Assembly (NCBI GenBank): GCA_964016885.1
Contig: OZ024759.1
Location: 20,708,001-20,772,000, forward strand
Length of the DNA stretch: 64,000 bases
Direction: 5' to 3'
Source of the DNA: Eledone cirrhosa
Lineage: Eukaryota
In this document: positions 39,414 to 52,000 of the stretch, piece by piece
Layout: each line of letters opens with the position of its first letter
Position numbering within the stretch: position 1 is the first letter of the stretch
The notes under the pieces: generated by a model
The model's database searches: none
Told to the model about the DNA's origin: nothing
The model's input: the letters and a program-made list of their open reading frames with translations, nothing else
Program-made: the position numbers and the translations under genes

Positions 39414-39690
39414 GGAGGCGTGTGGCCTAATAATAAGGGTGTCGGAATTACGTGGGTTCGATTCCTGGACTGGATTACGTGTTGTTTTCTCGAGCGAAAC
39501 ACTTCATTTCACGTTGCTACAGTATACTCAGCTGAAAGTGAGTACCAGCAAGAGCTGAGGCTTTAACACTGCGACGGACTGGTGTCCTGTCCAGGGGGAG
39601 TCTTGTACTCTCAGTCACTCCACGCCAGGGAAACTGGGATAATCACCTGCCAAATAAGCCTCCGAGCTCGAGACAGAATTTAAACTTAGA
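39414..39690 (+). mobile_element. tRNA-derived SINE, V-SINE-like
   Basis: GGTTCGATTCC B box, CTCAGCTG..GAGTACC, and CTGCGACGGACTGGTGTCCTGTCCAGGG. Confidence 0.65.
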
Positions 39691-39754
39691 GTTACAGGCA
39701 GAAGCCCTAGCCTGATAGGAATATGAAATATATATCTTAATGGTTGACGTGAAG

Positions 39755-39900
39755 ACAGATGATTTCATACGAATGAAACAGCTCTAGTCCTGTAGAAGTT
39801 ATTTCTATATAAATAAAAAAAAAATGTCTATACTCTATCAATGTATTGAGTACCTTTTTAAACGATGGTTACTATCCCTCCGGCACAACTCGGGAATCGA
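39755..39900 (+). mobile_element. PLE family A fragment
   Basis: GATGATTTCATACGAATGAAACAGCTCTAGTCCTGTAGAAG...TATTGAGTACCTT; ends at (CA)n. Confidence 0.55.
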
Positions 39901-39927
39901 CACACACACACAAAAAAAAACTCGTCT

Positions 39928-40012
39928 CGCTCACTCACTCACTCACTCACTCACTCACTCACTCACTCACGCATTCGCTCACTCACTCACTCACTCGTTC
40001 ATTCGTTCTTTC
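39928..40012. repeat. (CACT)n to (CATT/CGTT)n microsatellite leading into the satellite
   Basis: Direct inspection. Confidence 0.9.
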
Positions 40013-43000
40013 GTTCGGTGATTCGGTTCGGTTCGGGTCGGTCGGTTTCGGGTCGGTCATTCGGTTCGGTTCGGGTCGGTCATTCGGTCGGTCATTCGTT
40101 CGGTTCGGTTGGTCGTTCGGTTCGGGTCGGTCATTCGGTTCGGTTCGGCTCGGTCATTCGGTTCGGTTTCGCGTCGGGTCGGTCATTCGGTTCGGTTCAG
40201 TTCCGGTCGATCATTCGGTCGGTCATTCGGTTCGGTTCGGATCGGGTCGGTCATTCGGTTCGGCTCGGTTCGGTTCGGGTCGGTCATTCGGTTCAGTCAT
40301 TCGAACGGTCATTCGGTTCGGTTCGGGTCGGTGATTCGGTTCGGTTCGGTGATTCGGTTCGGGTCGGTGATTCGGTTCGGTCATTCGGTCGGTCAGTCGG
40401 TTCGGTTCGGGTCGGTCATTCGGTTCGGTTCGTTTCCGGTCGGTCATTCGTTTCGGTTCGGGTCAGTCATTCGGTCGGTCATTCGGCTCGGTTCGGGTCG
40501 GAAATTCCGTCGGTCATTCGGTTCGGGTCGGTCATTCGGCTCGGTTCGGGTCGGTCATTCGGTTCGGTTCGGATCGGTCATTCGGTTCAGGTCGTTCGGT
40601 TCGGGTCGGCCATTCGGTTCGGTCATTCGGTTCGGTTCGGGTCGGTCATTCGGTTCGGTCATTCGGTTCGGGTCGGTCATTCGGTTCGGTTCCGGTCGGT
40701 CATTCGGTTCGGGTCGTTCCGTTCTGTTCGCTTCGGGTCGGTCATTCGGTTCGGTTCGGCTCGTTCATTCGGCTTGGTTCGGGTCGGAAATTCCGTCGGT
40801 CATTCGGTTCGGTTCGGATCGGTCATTCGGTCGTTTATTCGGGTTGGTCGTTCGGTTCGGGTCGGTCATTCGGTTCGGTTCGGCTCGGTCATCGGTTCGG
40901 ATCGGTCATTCGGTTCGGTCGTTACGTAGGGTTCGGCTCGGTTCGGTTCGGGTCGATCATTCGGTCGGTCATTTGGTTCGTTTCGGTTCGGATCGGTCAT
41001 TCGGTCGGTCATTCAGTCCGGTTCGGTTCCGGTCGATCATTCGGTCGCTCATTTGGTTCGGTGCTGTTCGGATCGGTCATTCGGTCGGTCATTCGGTTCG
41101 GTTCGGATCGGGTCGGTCATTCGGTTCGGTCGTTCCGTTCGGTTCGGGTCGGTTCGGTTCGGATCGGTCATTCGATCGGTCACTCGGTTCGGGTCGGTCA
41201 TTCGGTCAGTCATTCGGGTCGGTAAGTCGGTTCGGTTCGGGTCGGTCATTCGGTTCGGTTCGCAGCGGTCATTCGGTTCGGTTCGGGTCGGTCATTCGGT
41301 TTGGTTCGGGTCGGTCATTCGGTTCGGTCATTCGGTCGGTCATTCGGTTCGGTCATTCGGTCGGTCATTCGGTTCGGATCGGCTCGGTCATTCGGTTCGG
41401 TTCGGGTCGATCATTCGGTCGGTCATTCGGTTCGGTTCGGGTCGATCATTCGGTCGGTCATTCGGTTCGGTTCGGGTCGGTCATTCGGTTCGGTTCGGGT
41501 CGGTCATTCGGTTCGGTCGTTCCGCTCCGTTCGGGTCGGTCATTCGGTTCGGTTCGGTTCAGGTCGGTCATTCGGTTCGGTTCCGGTCATCGGTTCGGGT
41601 CGGTTATTCGGTTCGGTTCGGCTCGGTCATCGGTTCGGGTCGGTTATTCGGTTCGGTTCCGGTCGATCATTCGCATCGGTCATTCGGTTCGGTTCGGGTC
41701 GGTCATTCGGTCGGTCATTCGGTTCGGTTCGGGTCGGTCATTCGGTCGGTCATTCGGTTCGGTTCGGGTCGGTCATTCGGTCGGTCATTCGGTTCGGTTC
41801 GGGTCGGTCATTCGGTTCGGGTCGGTCATTCGGTTCGGTTCCGGTCGATCATTCGGTTCGGCTCGGTCATCGGTTCGGGTCGGTTATTCGGTTCGGTTCG
41901 GCTCGGTCATCGGTTCGGGTCGGTTATTCGGTTCGGTTCCGGTCGATCATTCGTTCGGTCATTTGGTTCGGTTCGGATCGGTCATTTGGTCGGTCATTCG
42001 GTTCGGTTCCGGTCGGTCATTCGGTTCGGATCGGTCATTCGGTTCGGTTCGGTCGTTACGTACGGTTCGGGTCGATCATTCGGTCGGTCATTTGGTTCGT
42101 TTCGGTTCGGATCGGTCATTCGGTCCGGTTCGGTTCCGGTCGATCATTCGGTCGGTCATTCGGTTCGGTCGTTCCGTTCGGTTCGTTTCGGGTCGGTCAT
42201 TCGGTCGACCATTCGGTTCGGGTCGGTTCGGATCGGTCATTCGATCGGTCATTCGGTTCGGGTCGGTCATTCGGTTCGGGTCTGTCATTCGGTTCGGTTC
42301 GGCTCGGTCATTCGGTTCGGTTCGCTCATTCGGTTCGGGTCGGTCATTCGGTTCGGGTCGGTCAGTCGGTTCGGGTCGATCATTCGGTTCGGTTCGCATC
42401 GGTCATTCGGTTCGGTTCGGGTCGGTCATTCGGTCGGTCATTCGGTTCGGCTCGGTCATTCGGTCAATCATTCGGTTCGGCTCGGTCAGTCATTCGGTTC
42501 GGCTCGGTCATTCGGTCGGTCGTTCCGTACGGTTCGGTTCGTTTCGGGTCGATCATTCGGTCGGTCATTTGGTTCGTTTCGGTTCGGATCGGTCATTCGG
42601 TCGGTCATTCGGTTCGGTTCGGTTCCGGTCGATTATTCGGATCGGTTCGGGTCGGTCATTCGGGTCGGTTCGGGTCGGTCATTCGGTCGGCCATTATTCG
42701 GTTCGGTTCGGGTCGGTCATTCGGTCGGCCATTATTCGGCTCGGTTCGGCTCGGTCATTCGGTCGGTCGGTCATTCGGTCATTCATTCATTCGGTCATTC
42801 ATTCATTCATTCAGTCATTTATTCGGTCATTCATTCGTTCATTTATTCGGTCATTCATTCGTTCATTTATTCGTTCATTCATTCGTTCATTCATTCGTTC
42901 ATTCGGTTCGGTCATTCGGTCGGTCATTCGGTTCGGTTCGGATCTGTCATTCCGTCGGTGATTCGGTTCGGATCAGTCATTCGGTCGGCTCATTCGGTAC

Positions 43001-46000
43001 GGTTCGGATCGGTCATTCGGTCGGTCATTCGGTTCGTTTCGGTGATTCGGTCGGTCATTCGGTTCGGTTCGGGTCGGTCATTCGGTCGGTCATTCAGTTC
43101 CGTTCAGTTCGGGTCGGTCATTCGGTTCGGTTCGGGTCGGTCATTCGGTTCGGGTCGGAAATTCCGTCGGTTATTCGGTTCGGTTCCGGTCGGTCATTCG
43201 GTTCGGTTCCGGTCGGTCATTCGGTTCGGATCGGTCATTCGGTTCGAGTCGGTCATTCGGTTCCGTTCGGGTCTGTCATTCGGTCAGTCATTCGGTTCGG
43301 TTCCGGTCGGTCATTCAGTTCGGTTCGGGTCGGTCATTCGGCTCGGTTCGGATCTGTCATTCGGTTCCGGTCGGTCATTCGGTTCCGGTCGGTCATTCGG
43401 TTCCGGTCGGTCATTCGGTTCGGTCATTCGGTCGGTCATTCGGTTCGGGTCGGTCGTTCGGTTCGGGTCGGTCATTCGGTTCTGTTTCGGTCGGTCATTC
43501 AGTTCGGTTCGGGTCGGTCATTCGGCTCGGTTCGGATCTGTCATTCGGTTTCGGTCGGTCATTCGGTTCGGTTCCGGTCGGTCATTCGGTTCGGTTCGGT
43601 CATTCGGTCGGTCATTCGGTTCGGGTCGGTCGTTCGGTTCGGGTCGGTCATTCGGTTCGGTTCGGGTCGGTCATTCGGCTCGGTTCGGGTCGGTCATTCG
43701 GTTCGGTTCGGTCATTCGGTTCGGTTCGGGTCGGTCATTCGGTTCGGTTCGGGTCGGTCATTCGGTTCGGTTCCGGTCGGTCATTCGGTTCGGGTCGTTC
43801 CGTTCTGTTCGCTTCGGGTCAGTCATTCGGTTCGGTTCGGCTCGATCATTCGGCTTGGTTCGGGTCGGAAATTCCGTCGGTCATTCGGTTCGGTTCGGAT
43901 CGGTCATTCGGTCGTTTATTCGGGTTGGTCGTTCGGTTCGGGTCGGTCATTCGGTTCGGCTCGGTCATCGGTTTGGGTCGGTTATTCGGTGCGGTTCCGG
44001 TCGATCATTCGGTCGGTCATTTGGTTCGGTTCGGATCGGTCATTCGGTCGGTCGTTCGGTTCGGTTCGGTCGTTACGTTCGGTTCGGTTCGGGTCGGTCA
44101 TTTGGTTCGTTTCGGTTCGGATCGGTCATTCGGTCGGTCATTCGGTCCGGTTCGGTTCCGGTCGATCATTCGGTCGCTCATTCGGTTCGGTCGTTCCGTT
44201 CGGTTCGGGTCGGTCATTCGGTCGGCCATTCGGGTCGGTTCGGTTCGGATCGGTCATACGATCGGTCACTCGGTTCGGGTCGGTCATTCGGTCAGTCATT
44301 CGGTACGGGTCGGTCAGTCGGTTCGGTTCGGGTCGGTCATTCGGTTCGGTTCGCATCGGTCATTCGGTTCGGGTCGGTCATTCGGTTCGGTTCGGGTCGG
44401 TCATTCGGTTCGGTCATTCGGTCGGTCATTCGGTTCGGTCATTCGGTCGGTCATTCGGTTCGGTCATTCGGTCGGTCATTCGTTTCGGATCGGCTCGGTC
44501 CTTCGGTTCGGTTCGGGTCGGTCATTCGGTCGGTCATTCGGTTCGGTTCGGGTCGGTCATTCGGTCGGTGATTCGGTTCGGGTCGGTCATTCGGTTCGGT
44601 CGTTCCGCTCCGTTCGGGTCGGTCATTCGGTTCGGTTCCGGTCGATCATTCGGTTCGGTTCTGCTCGATCATCGGTTCGGGTCGGTTATTCGGTTCGGTT
44701 CCGGTCGATCATTCGGTCGGTCATTCGGTTCGGTTCGGATCGGTCATTTGGTCGGTCATTCGGTTCGGTTCGGTTCCGGTCGATCATTCGGTCGGTCATT
44801 CGGTTCGGTTCGGATCGATCATTCGGTTCGGTTCGGTCGTTACGTACGGTTCGGTTCGGGTCGGTCATTCGGTACGTCATTTGGTTCGTTTCGGTTCGGA
44901 TCGGTCATTCGGTCCGGTTCGGTTCCGGTCGATCATTCGGTCGGTCATTTGGTTCGGTGCGGTTAGGATCGGCCATTCGGTCGGTCATTCGGTTCGGATC
45001 GGGTAGGTCATTCGGTTCGGTCGTTCCGTTCGGTTCGTTTCGGGTCGGTCATTCGGTCGGTCACTCGGTTCGGGTCGGTCATTCGGTTCGGGTCGGTGAG
45101 TCGGTTCGGGTCGATCATTCGGTTCGGTTCGCATCGGTCATTCGGTTCGGTTCGGGTCAGTCATTCGATTCGGTTCGGGTCGGTCACTCGGTCGGTCATT
45201 CGGTTCGGCTCGGTCATTCGGTCGGTCGTTCCGTACGGTTCGGTTCGGTCATTCTCTCGGTCATTCGGTTCGGCTCGGTTCGTTTCGGGTCGATCATTCG
45301 GTCGGTCATTTGGTTCGTTTCGGTTCGGATCGGTCATTCGGTCGGTCATTCGGTTCGGTTCGGTTCCGGTCGATTATTCGGATCGGTTCGGGTCGGTCAT
45401 TCGGTTCGGTTCCGGTCGGTCATAAGGTCGGTCATTCGGGTCGGTCATTCGGTCGGCCATTATTCGGTTCGGTTCGACTCGGTCATTCGGTCGGTCGGTC
45501 ATTCGGTTATTCATTCATTCGGTCATTCATTCATTCATTCATTTATTCGGTCATTCATTCGTTCATTTATTCGTTCATTCATTCGTTCATTCATTCGTTC
45601 ATTCGGTTCGGTTCGGATCTGTCATTCCGTCGGTGATTCGATTCGGATCAGTCATTCGGTCGGATCATTCGGTACGGTTCGGATCGGTCATTCGGTTCGG
45701 TTCGGGTCGGTCATTCGGTCGGTCATTCAGTTCCGTTCGGTTCGGGTCGATCATTCGGTTCGGTTCGGGTCGGAAATTCCGTCGGTTATTCGGTTCGGTT
45801 CCGGTCGGTCATTCGGTTCGGATCGGTCATTCGGTTCAGGTCGGTCATTCGGTTCCGTTCGGGTCTGTCATTCGGTCGGTCATTCGGTTCTGTTTCGGTC
45901 GGTCATTCAGTTCGGTTCGGGTCGGTCATTCGGCTCGGTTCGGATCTGTCATTCGGTTCCGGTCGGTCATTCGGTTCGGTTCGGGTCGGTCATTCGGTTC

Positions 46001-49000
46001 GTGTCGGTTATTCGGTTCGGTTCCGGTCGATCATTCGGTCGGTCATTTGGTTCGGTTCGGATCGGTCATTCGGTTCGGGTCGGTTATTCGGTTCGGTTCC
46101 GGTCGATCATTCTGTCGGTCATTCGGTTCGGTTCGGTCATTTGGTTCGGTTCTGTTCGGTCATTCGTTTCGGTTCCGGTCGGTCATTCGGCTCGGCGCGG
46201 TCAATCGGTCAGTCATTCGGTGCGGCTTGGTCATTCGGTTCGATTCGGTCGTTCCGTACGGTTCGGTTCGGTCATTTCGTACTGTTCGGTTCGGCTCGGT
46301 CATTCTGGCGGTCATTCGGTTCGGCTCGGTTCGTTTCGGGTCGATCATTTGGTTCGTTTCGGTTCGGATCGGTCATTCGGTTCGGTTCGATTCCGGTCGA
46401 TCATTCGGTCGGTCATTTGGCTCGGTGCGGTTCGGATCGGTCATTCGGTCCGGATCGGGTCGGTCATTCGGTTCGGTTCGGCTCGGTCGTCGGTTCGGGT
46501 CGGTTATTCGGTTCGGTTCCGGTCGATCATTCGGTCGGTCATTCGGTTCGGTTCGGATCGGTCATTCGGTCGGTCATTCGGTTCGGTTCGGTTCCGGTCG
46601 ATCATTCGGTCGGTCATTTGGTTCGGTTCGGATCGGTCATTTGGTCGGTCATTCGGTTCGGTCATTCGGTTCGGTTCGGTCGTTACGTACGGTTCGGTTC
46701 GGGTCGATCATTCGGTCGGTCATTTGGTTCGTTTCGGATCGGTCATTCGGTCCGGTTCGGTTCCGGTCGATCATTCGGTCGGTCATTTGGTTCGGTGCGG
46801 TTAGGATCGGCCATTCGGTCGGTCATTCGGTTCGGATCGGGTAGGTCATTCGGTTCGGTCGTTCCGTTCGGTTCGTTTCGGGTCGGTCATTCGGTCGGCC
46901 ATTCGGTTCGGGTCGGTTCGGATCGGTCATTCGATCGGTCACTCGGTCATTCTGGCGGTCATTCGGTTCGGCTCGATTCGTTTCGGTTCGGTCGATCATT
47001 TGGTTCGGATCGGTCATTCGGTCGGTCATTCGGTTCGGTTCGGTTCCGGTCGATCATTCGGTCGGTCATTTGGTTCGGTTCGGATCGGTCATTTGGTCGG
47101 TCATTCGGTTCGGTCATTCGGTTCGGTTCGGTCGTTACGTACGGTTCGGTTCGGGTCGATCATTCGGTCGGTCATTTGGTTCGTTTCGGATCGGTCATTC
47201 GGTCCGGTTCGGTTCCGGTCGATCATTCGGTCGGTCATTTGGTTCGGTGCGGTTAGGATCGGCCATTCGGTCGGTCATTCGGTTCGGATCGGGTAGGTCA
47301 TTCGGTTCGGTCGTTCCGTTCGGTTCGTTTCGGGTCGGTCATTCGGTCGGCCATTCGGTTCGGGTCGGTTCGGATCGGTCATTCGATCGGTCACTCGGTC
47401 ATTCTGGCGGTCATTCGGTTCGGCTCGATTCGTTTCGGTTCGGTCGATCATTTGGTTCGGTTCGGATCGGTCATTCGGTCGGTTATTCGGTTCGGTTCCG
47501 GTCGATCATTCGGTCGGTCATTTGGTTCGGTTCGGATCGGTCACTTGGTCGGTCATTCGGTCGGTCATTCGGTTCGGTTCGGATCGGTCATTCGTTTCGG
47601 TTCGGTCGTTACGTACGGCTCGGTTCGGTTCGGGTCGATCATTCGGTCGGTCATTTGGTTCGTTTCGGTTCGGATCTGTCATTCGGTCGGTCATTCGGTA
47701 CGGTTCGGTTCCGGTCGATCATTCGGTCGCTCATTTGGTTCGGTGCTGTTCGGATCGGTCATTCGGTCGGTCATTCGGTTCGGATCGGGTCGGTCATTCG
47801 GTTCGGTCGTTCCGGTCGGTCATTCGATCGGTCACTCGGTTCGGGTCGGTCATTCGGTCAGTCATTCGGTTCGGGTCGGTGAGTCGGTTCGGTTCGGGTC
47901 GGTCATTCGGTTCGGTTCGCATCGGTCATTCGGTTCGGTTCGGGTCAGTCATTCGGCTCGGGTCGGTCATTCGGTTCGGTCATTCGGTCGGTCATTCGGT
48001 TCGGTCATTCGGTCGGTCATTCGGTTCGGATCGGCTCGGTCATTCGGTTCGGGTCGGTCATTCGGTCGGTCATTCGGTTCGGTTCGGGTCGGTCATTCGG
48101 TCGGTCATTCGGTTCGGGTCGGTCATTCGGTTCGGTCGTTCCGCTCCGTTCGGGTCGGTCATTCGGTTCGGCTCGGTTCAGGTCGGTCATTCGGTTCGGT
48201 TCCGGTCGGTCGTTCGGTTCGCATCGGTCATTTGGTTCGGTTCGGGTCGGTCATTCGGTCGGTCATTCGGTTCGGTTCGGTCATTCGGTCGGTCATTCGG
48301 TTCGGTTAGGGTCGGTATTTCGGTCGGTCATTCGGTTCGGGTCGGTCATTCGGTTCGGGTCGGTCATTCGGTTCGGTTCTGGTCGATCATTCGGTCGGTC
48401 ATTTGGTTCGGTTCGGATCGGTCATTCGGTCGGTCATTCGGTTCGGATCGGGTCGGTCATTCGGTCGGTCATTCGGTTCGCTTCGGGTCGGTCATTTGGT
48501 TCGGTCCGGCTCGGTTCGGGTCGGAAATTCCGTCGGTCATCCGGTTCGGTTCGGTTCCGGTCGGTCATTCGGTTTGGTTCGGATCGGTCATTCGGTTCGG
48601 TTCGGGTCGATCATTCGGTCGGTCATTTGGTTCGTTTCGGTTCGGATCGGTCATTCGGTCGGTCATTCGGTCCGGTTCGGTTCCGGTCGCTCATTCGGTC
48701 GGTCATTTGGTTCGGTGCGATTAGGATCGGTCATTCGGTCGGTCATTCGGTTCGGTCGTTCCGTTCGGTTCGGTTCGAGTCGGTCATTCGGTCGGCCATT
48801 CGGGTCGGTTCGGATCGGTCATTCGATCGGTCACTCGGTTCGGGTCGGTGATTCGGTTCGGGTCTGTCATTCGGTTCGGTTCGGCTCGGTCATTCGGTTC
48901 GTTTCGGGTCGCTCATTCGGTTCGGGTCGGTCAGTCGGTTGGTCATTCGGTTCGGTCATTCGGTTCGGTCATTCGGTCGGTCATTCGTTTCGGATCGGGT

Positions 49001-52000
49001 CGGTCATTCGGTCTGTCATTCGGTTCGGTTCGGGTCGGTCATTCGGTCGGTCATTCGGTTCGGTTCGGGTCGGTCATTCGGTCGGTGATTCGGTTCGGTT
49101 CGGGTCGGTCATTCGGTTCGGTCGTTCCGCTCCGTTCGGGTCGGTCATTCGGTTCGGTTCGGTTCAGGTCGGTCATTCGGTTCGGTTCGGTTCAGGTCGG
49201 TCATTCGGTTCGGTTCCGGTCGGTCGTTCGGTTCGCATCGGTCATTCGGTTCGGTTCGGGTCGGTCATTCGGTTCGGTTAGGGTCGGTATTTCGGTCGGT
49301 CATTCGGTTCGGGTCGGTCATTCGGTCGGTCATTCGGTTCGGGTCGGTCATTCGGTTCGGTTCCGGTCGATCATTCGGTTCGGTTCTGCTCGGTCATCGG
49401 TTCGGGTCGGTTATTCGGTTCGGTTCCGGTCGATCATTCGGTCGGTCATTTGGTTCGGTTCGGTTCGGATCGGTCATTCGGTTCGGTTCGGTTCCGGTTG
49501 ATCATTCGGTCTGTCAGTTGGTTCGGTTCGGATCGGTCATTCGGTTCGGTTCGGTTCCGGTCGATCATTCGGTTCGGATCGGTCATTTGGTCGGTCATTC
49601 GGTTCGGTTCGGTTCCGGTCGATCATTCGGTCGGTCATTCGGTTCGGTTCGGATCGGTCATTCGGTTCGGTTCGGTCGTTACGTACGGTTCGGTTCGGGT
49701 CGATCATTCGGTAGGTCATTTGGTTCGTTTCGGTTCGGATCGGTCATTCGGTCCGGTTCGGTTCCGGTCGATCATTCGGTCGGTCATTTGGTTCGGTGCG
49801 GTTAGGATCGGCCATTCGGTCGGTCATTCGGTTCGGATCGGGTCGGTCATTCGGTTCGGTCGTTCCGTTCGGTTCGTTTCGGGTCGGTCATTCGGTCGGT
49901 CACTCGGTTCGGGTCGGTGATTCGGTTCGGGTCTGTCATTCGGTTCGGTTCGGCTCGGTCATTCGGTTCGGTTCGCTCATTCGGTTCGGTTCGGGTCGGT
50001 CATTCGGTTCGGTTCGGTCGTTACGTACGGTTCGGCTCGGTTCGGTTCGGGTCGGTCATTCGGTCGGTCATTCGGTTCGGTTCGGGTCGGTCATTCGGTC
50101 GGTCATTCGGTTCGGTTCGGTCGTTCCGCTCCGTTCGGGTCGGTCATTCGGTTCGGCTCGGTTCAGGTCGGTCATTCGGTTCGGTTCCGGTCGGTCGTTC
50201 GGTTCGCATCGGTCATTCGGTTCGGTTCGGGTCGGTCATTCGGTCGGTCATTCGGTTCGGTTCGGTCATTCGGTTCGGTCATTCGGTCGGTCATTCGGTT
50301 CGGTTAGGGTCGGTATTTCGGTCGGTCATTCGGTTCGGGTCGGTCATTCGGTCGGTCATTCGGTTCGGGTCGGTCATTCGGTTCGGTTCTGGTCGATCAT
50401 TCGGTCGGTCATTTGGTTCGGTTCGGATCGGTCATTCGGTCGGTCATTCGGTTCGGATCGGGTCGGTCATTCGGTCGGTCATTCGGTTCGCTTCGGGTCG
50501 GTCATTTGGTTCGGTTCGGCTCGGTCATTCGGCTCGGTTCGGGTCGGAAATTCCGTCGGTCATCCGGTTCGGTTCGGTTCCGGTCGGTCATTCGGTTCGG
50601 TTCGGATCGGTCATTCGGTTCGGCTCGGTTCGGTTCGGGTCGATCATTCGGTCGGTCATTTGGTTCGTTTCGGTTCGGATCGGTCATTCGGTCGGTCATT
50701 CGGTCCGGTTCGGTTCCGGTCGCTCATTCGGTCGGTCATTTCGTTCGGTGCGATTAGGATCGGTCGTTCCGTTCGGTTCGGTTCGAGTCGGTCATTCGAT
50801 CGGTCACTCGGTTCGGGTCGGTGATTCGGTTCGGGTCTGTCATTCGGTTCGGTTCGGCTCGGTCATTCGGTTCGGTTCGGCTCGGTCATTCGGTTCGTTT
50901 CGGGTCGCTCATTCGGTTCGGGTCGGTCAGTCGGTTGGTCATTCGGTTCGGTCATTCGGTTCGGTCATTCGGTTCGGTCATTCGGTCGGTCATTCGTTTC
51001 GGATCGGGTCGGTCATTCGGTCTGTCATTCGGTTCGGTTCGGGTCGGTCATTCGGTCGGTCATTCGGTTCGGTTCGGGTCGGTCATTCGGTCGGTGATTC
51101 GGTTCGGTTCGGGTCGGTCATTCGGTTCGGTCGTTCCGCTCCGTTCGGGTCGGTCATTCGGTTCGGTTCGGTTCAGGTCGGTCATTCGGTTCGGTTCAGG
51201 TCGGTCATTCGGTTCGGTTCCGGTCGGTCGTTCGGTTCGCATCGGTCATTCGGTTCGGTTCGGTTCGGGTCGGTCATCGGTTCGGGTCGGTTATTCGGTT
51301 CGGTTCCGGTCGATCATTCGGTCGGTCATTTGGTTCGGTTCGGTTCGGATCGGTCATTCGGTCGGTCATTCGGTTCGGTTCCGTTCCGGTCGATCATTCG
51401 GTCTGTCAGTTGGTTCGGTTCGGATCGGTCATTCGGTTCGGTTCGGTTCCGGTCGATCATTCGGTTCGGTTCTGCTCGGTCATCGGTTCGGGTCGGTTAT
51501 TCGGTTCGGTTCCGGTCGATCATTCGGTCGGTCATTTGGTTCGGTTCGGTTCGGATCGGTCATTCGGTCGGTCATTCGGTTCGGTTCGGTTCCGGTCGAT
51601 CATTCGGTCTGTCAGTTGGTTCGGTTCGGATCGGTCATTCGGTTCGGTTCGGTTCCGGTCGATCATTCGGTTCGGTTCTGCTCGGTCATCGGTTCGGGTC
51701 GGTTATTCGGTTCGGTTCCGGTCGATCATTCGGTCGGTCATTTGGTTCGGTTCGGTTCGGATAGGTCATTCGGTCGGTCATTCGGTTCGGTTCGGTTCCG
51801 GTCGATCATTCGGTTCGGTTCGGATCGGTCATTTGGTCGGTCATTCGGTACGGTTCGGTTCCGGTCGGTCATTCGGTTCGGTTCGGATCGGTCATTCGGT
51901 TCGGTCGTTACGTACGGTTCGGTTCGGGTCGATCATTCGGTAGGTCATTTGGTTCGTTTCGGTTCGGATCGGTCATTCGGTCCGGTTCGGTTCCGGTCGA

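Noticed and set aside
48306-48311. TTAGGG words in the satellite as a true telomere
   Set aside because: Isolated single C>A variants of TTCGGG propagated by duplication; there is no tandem TTAGGG run.
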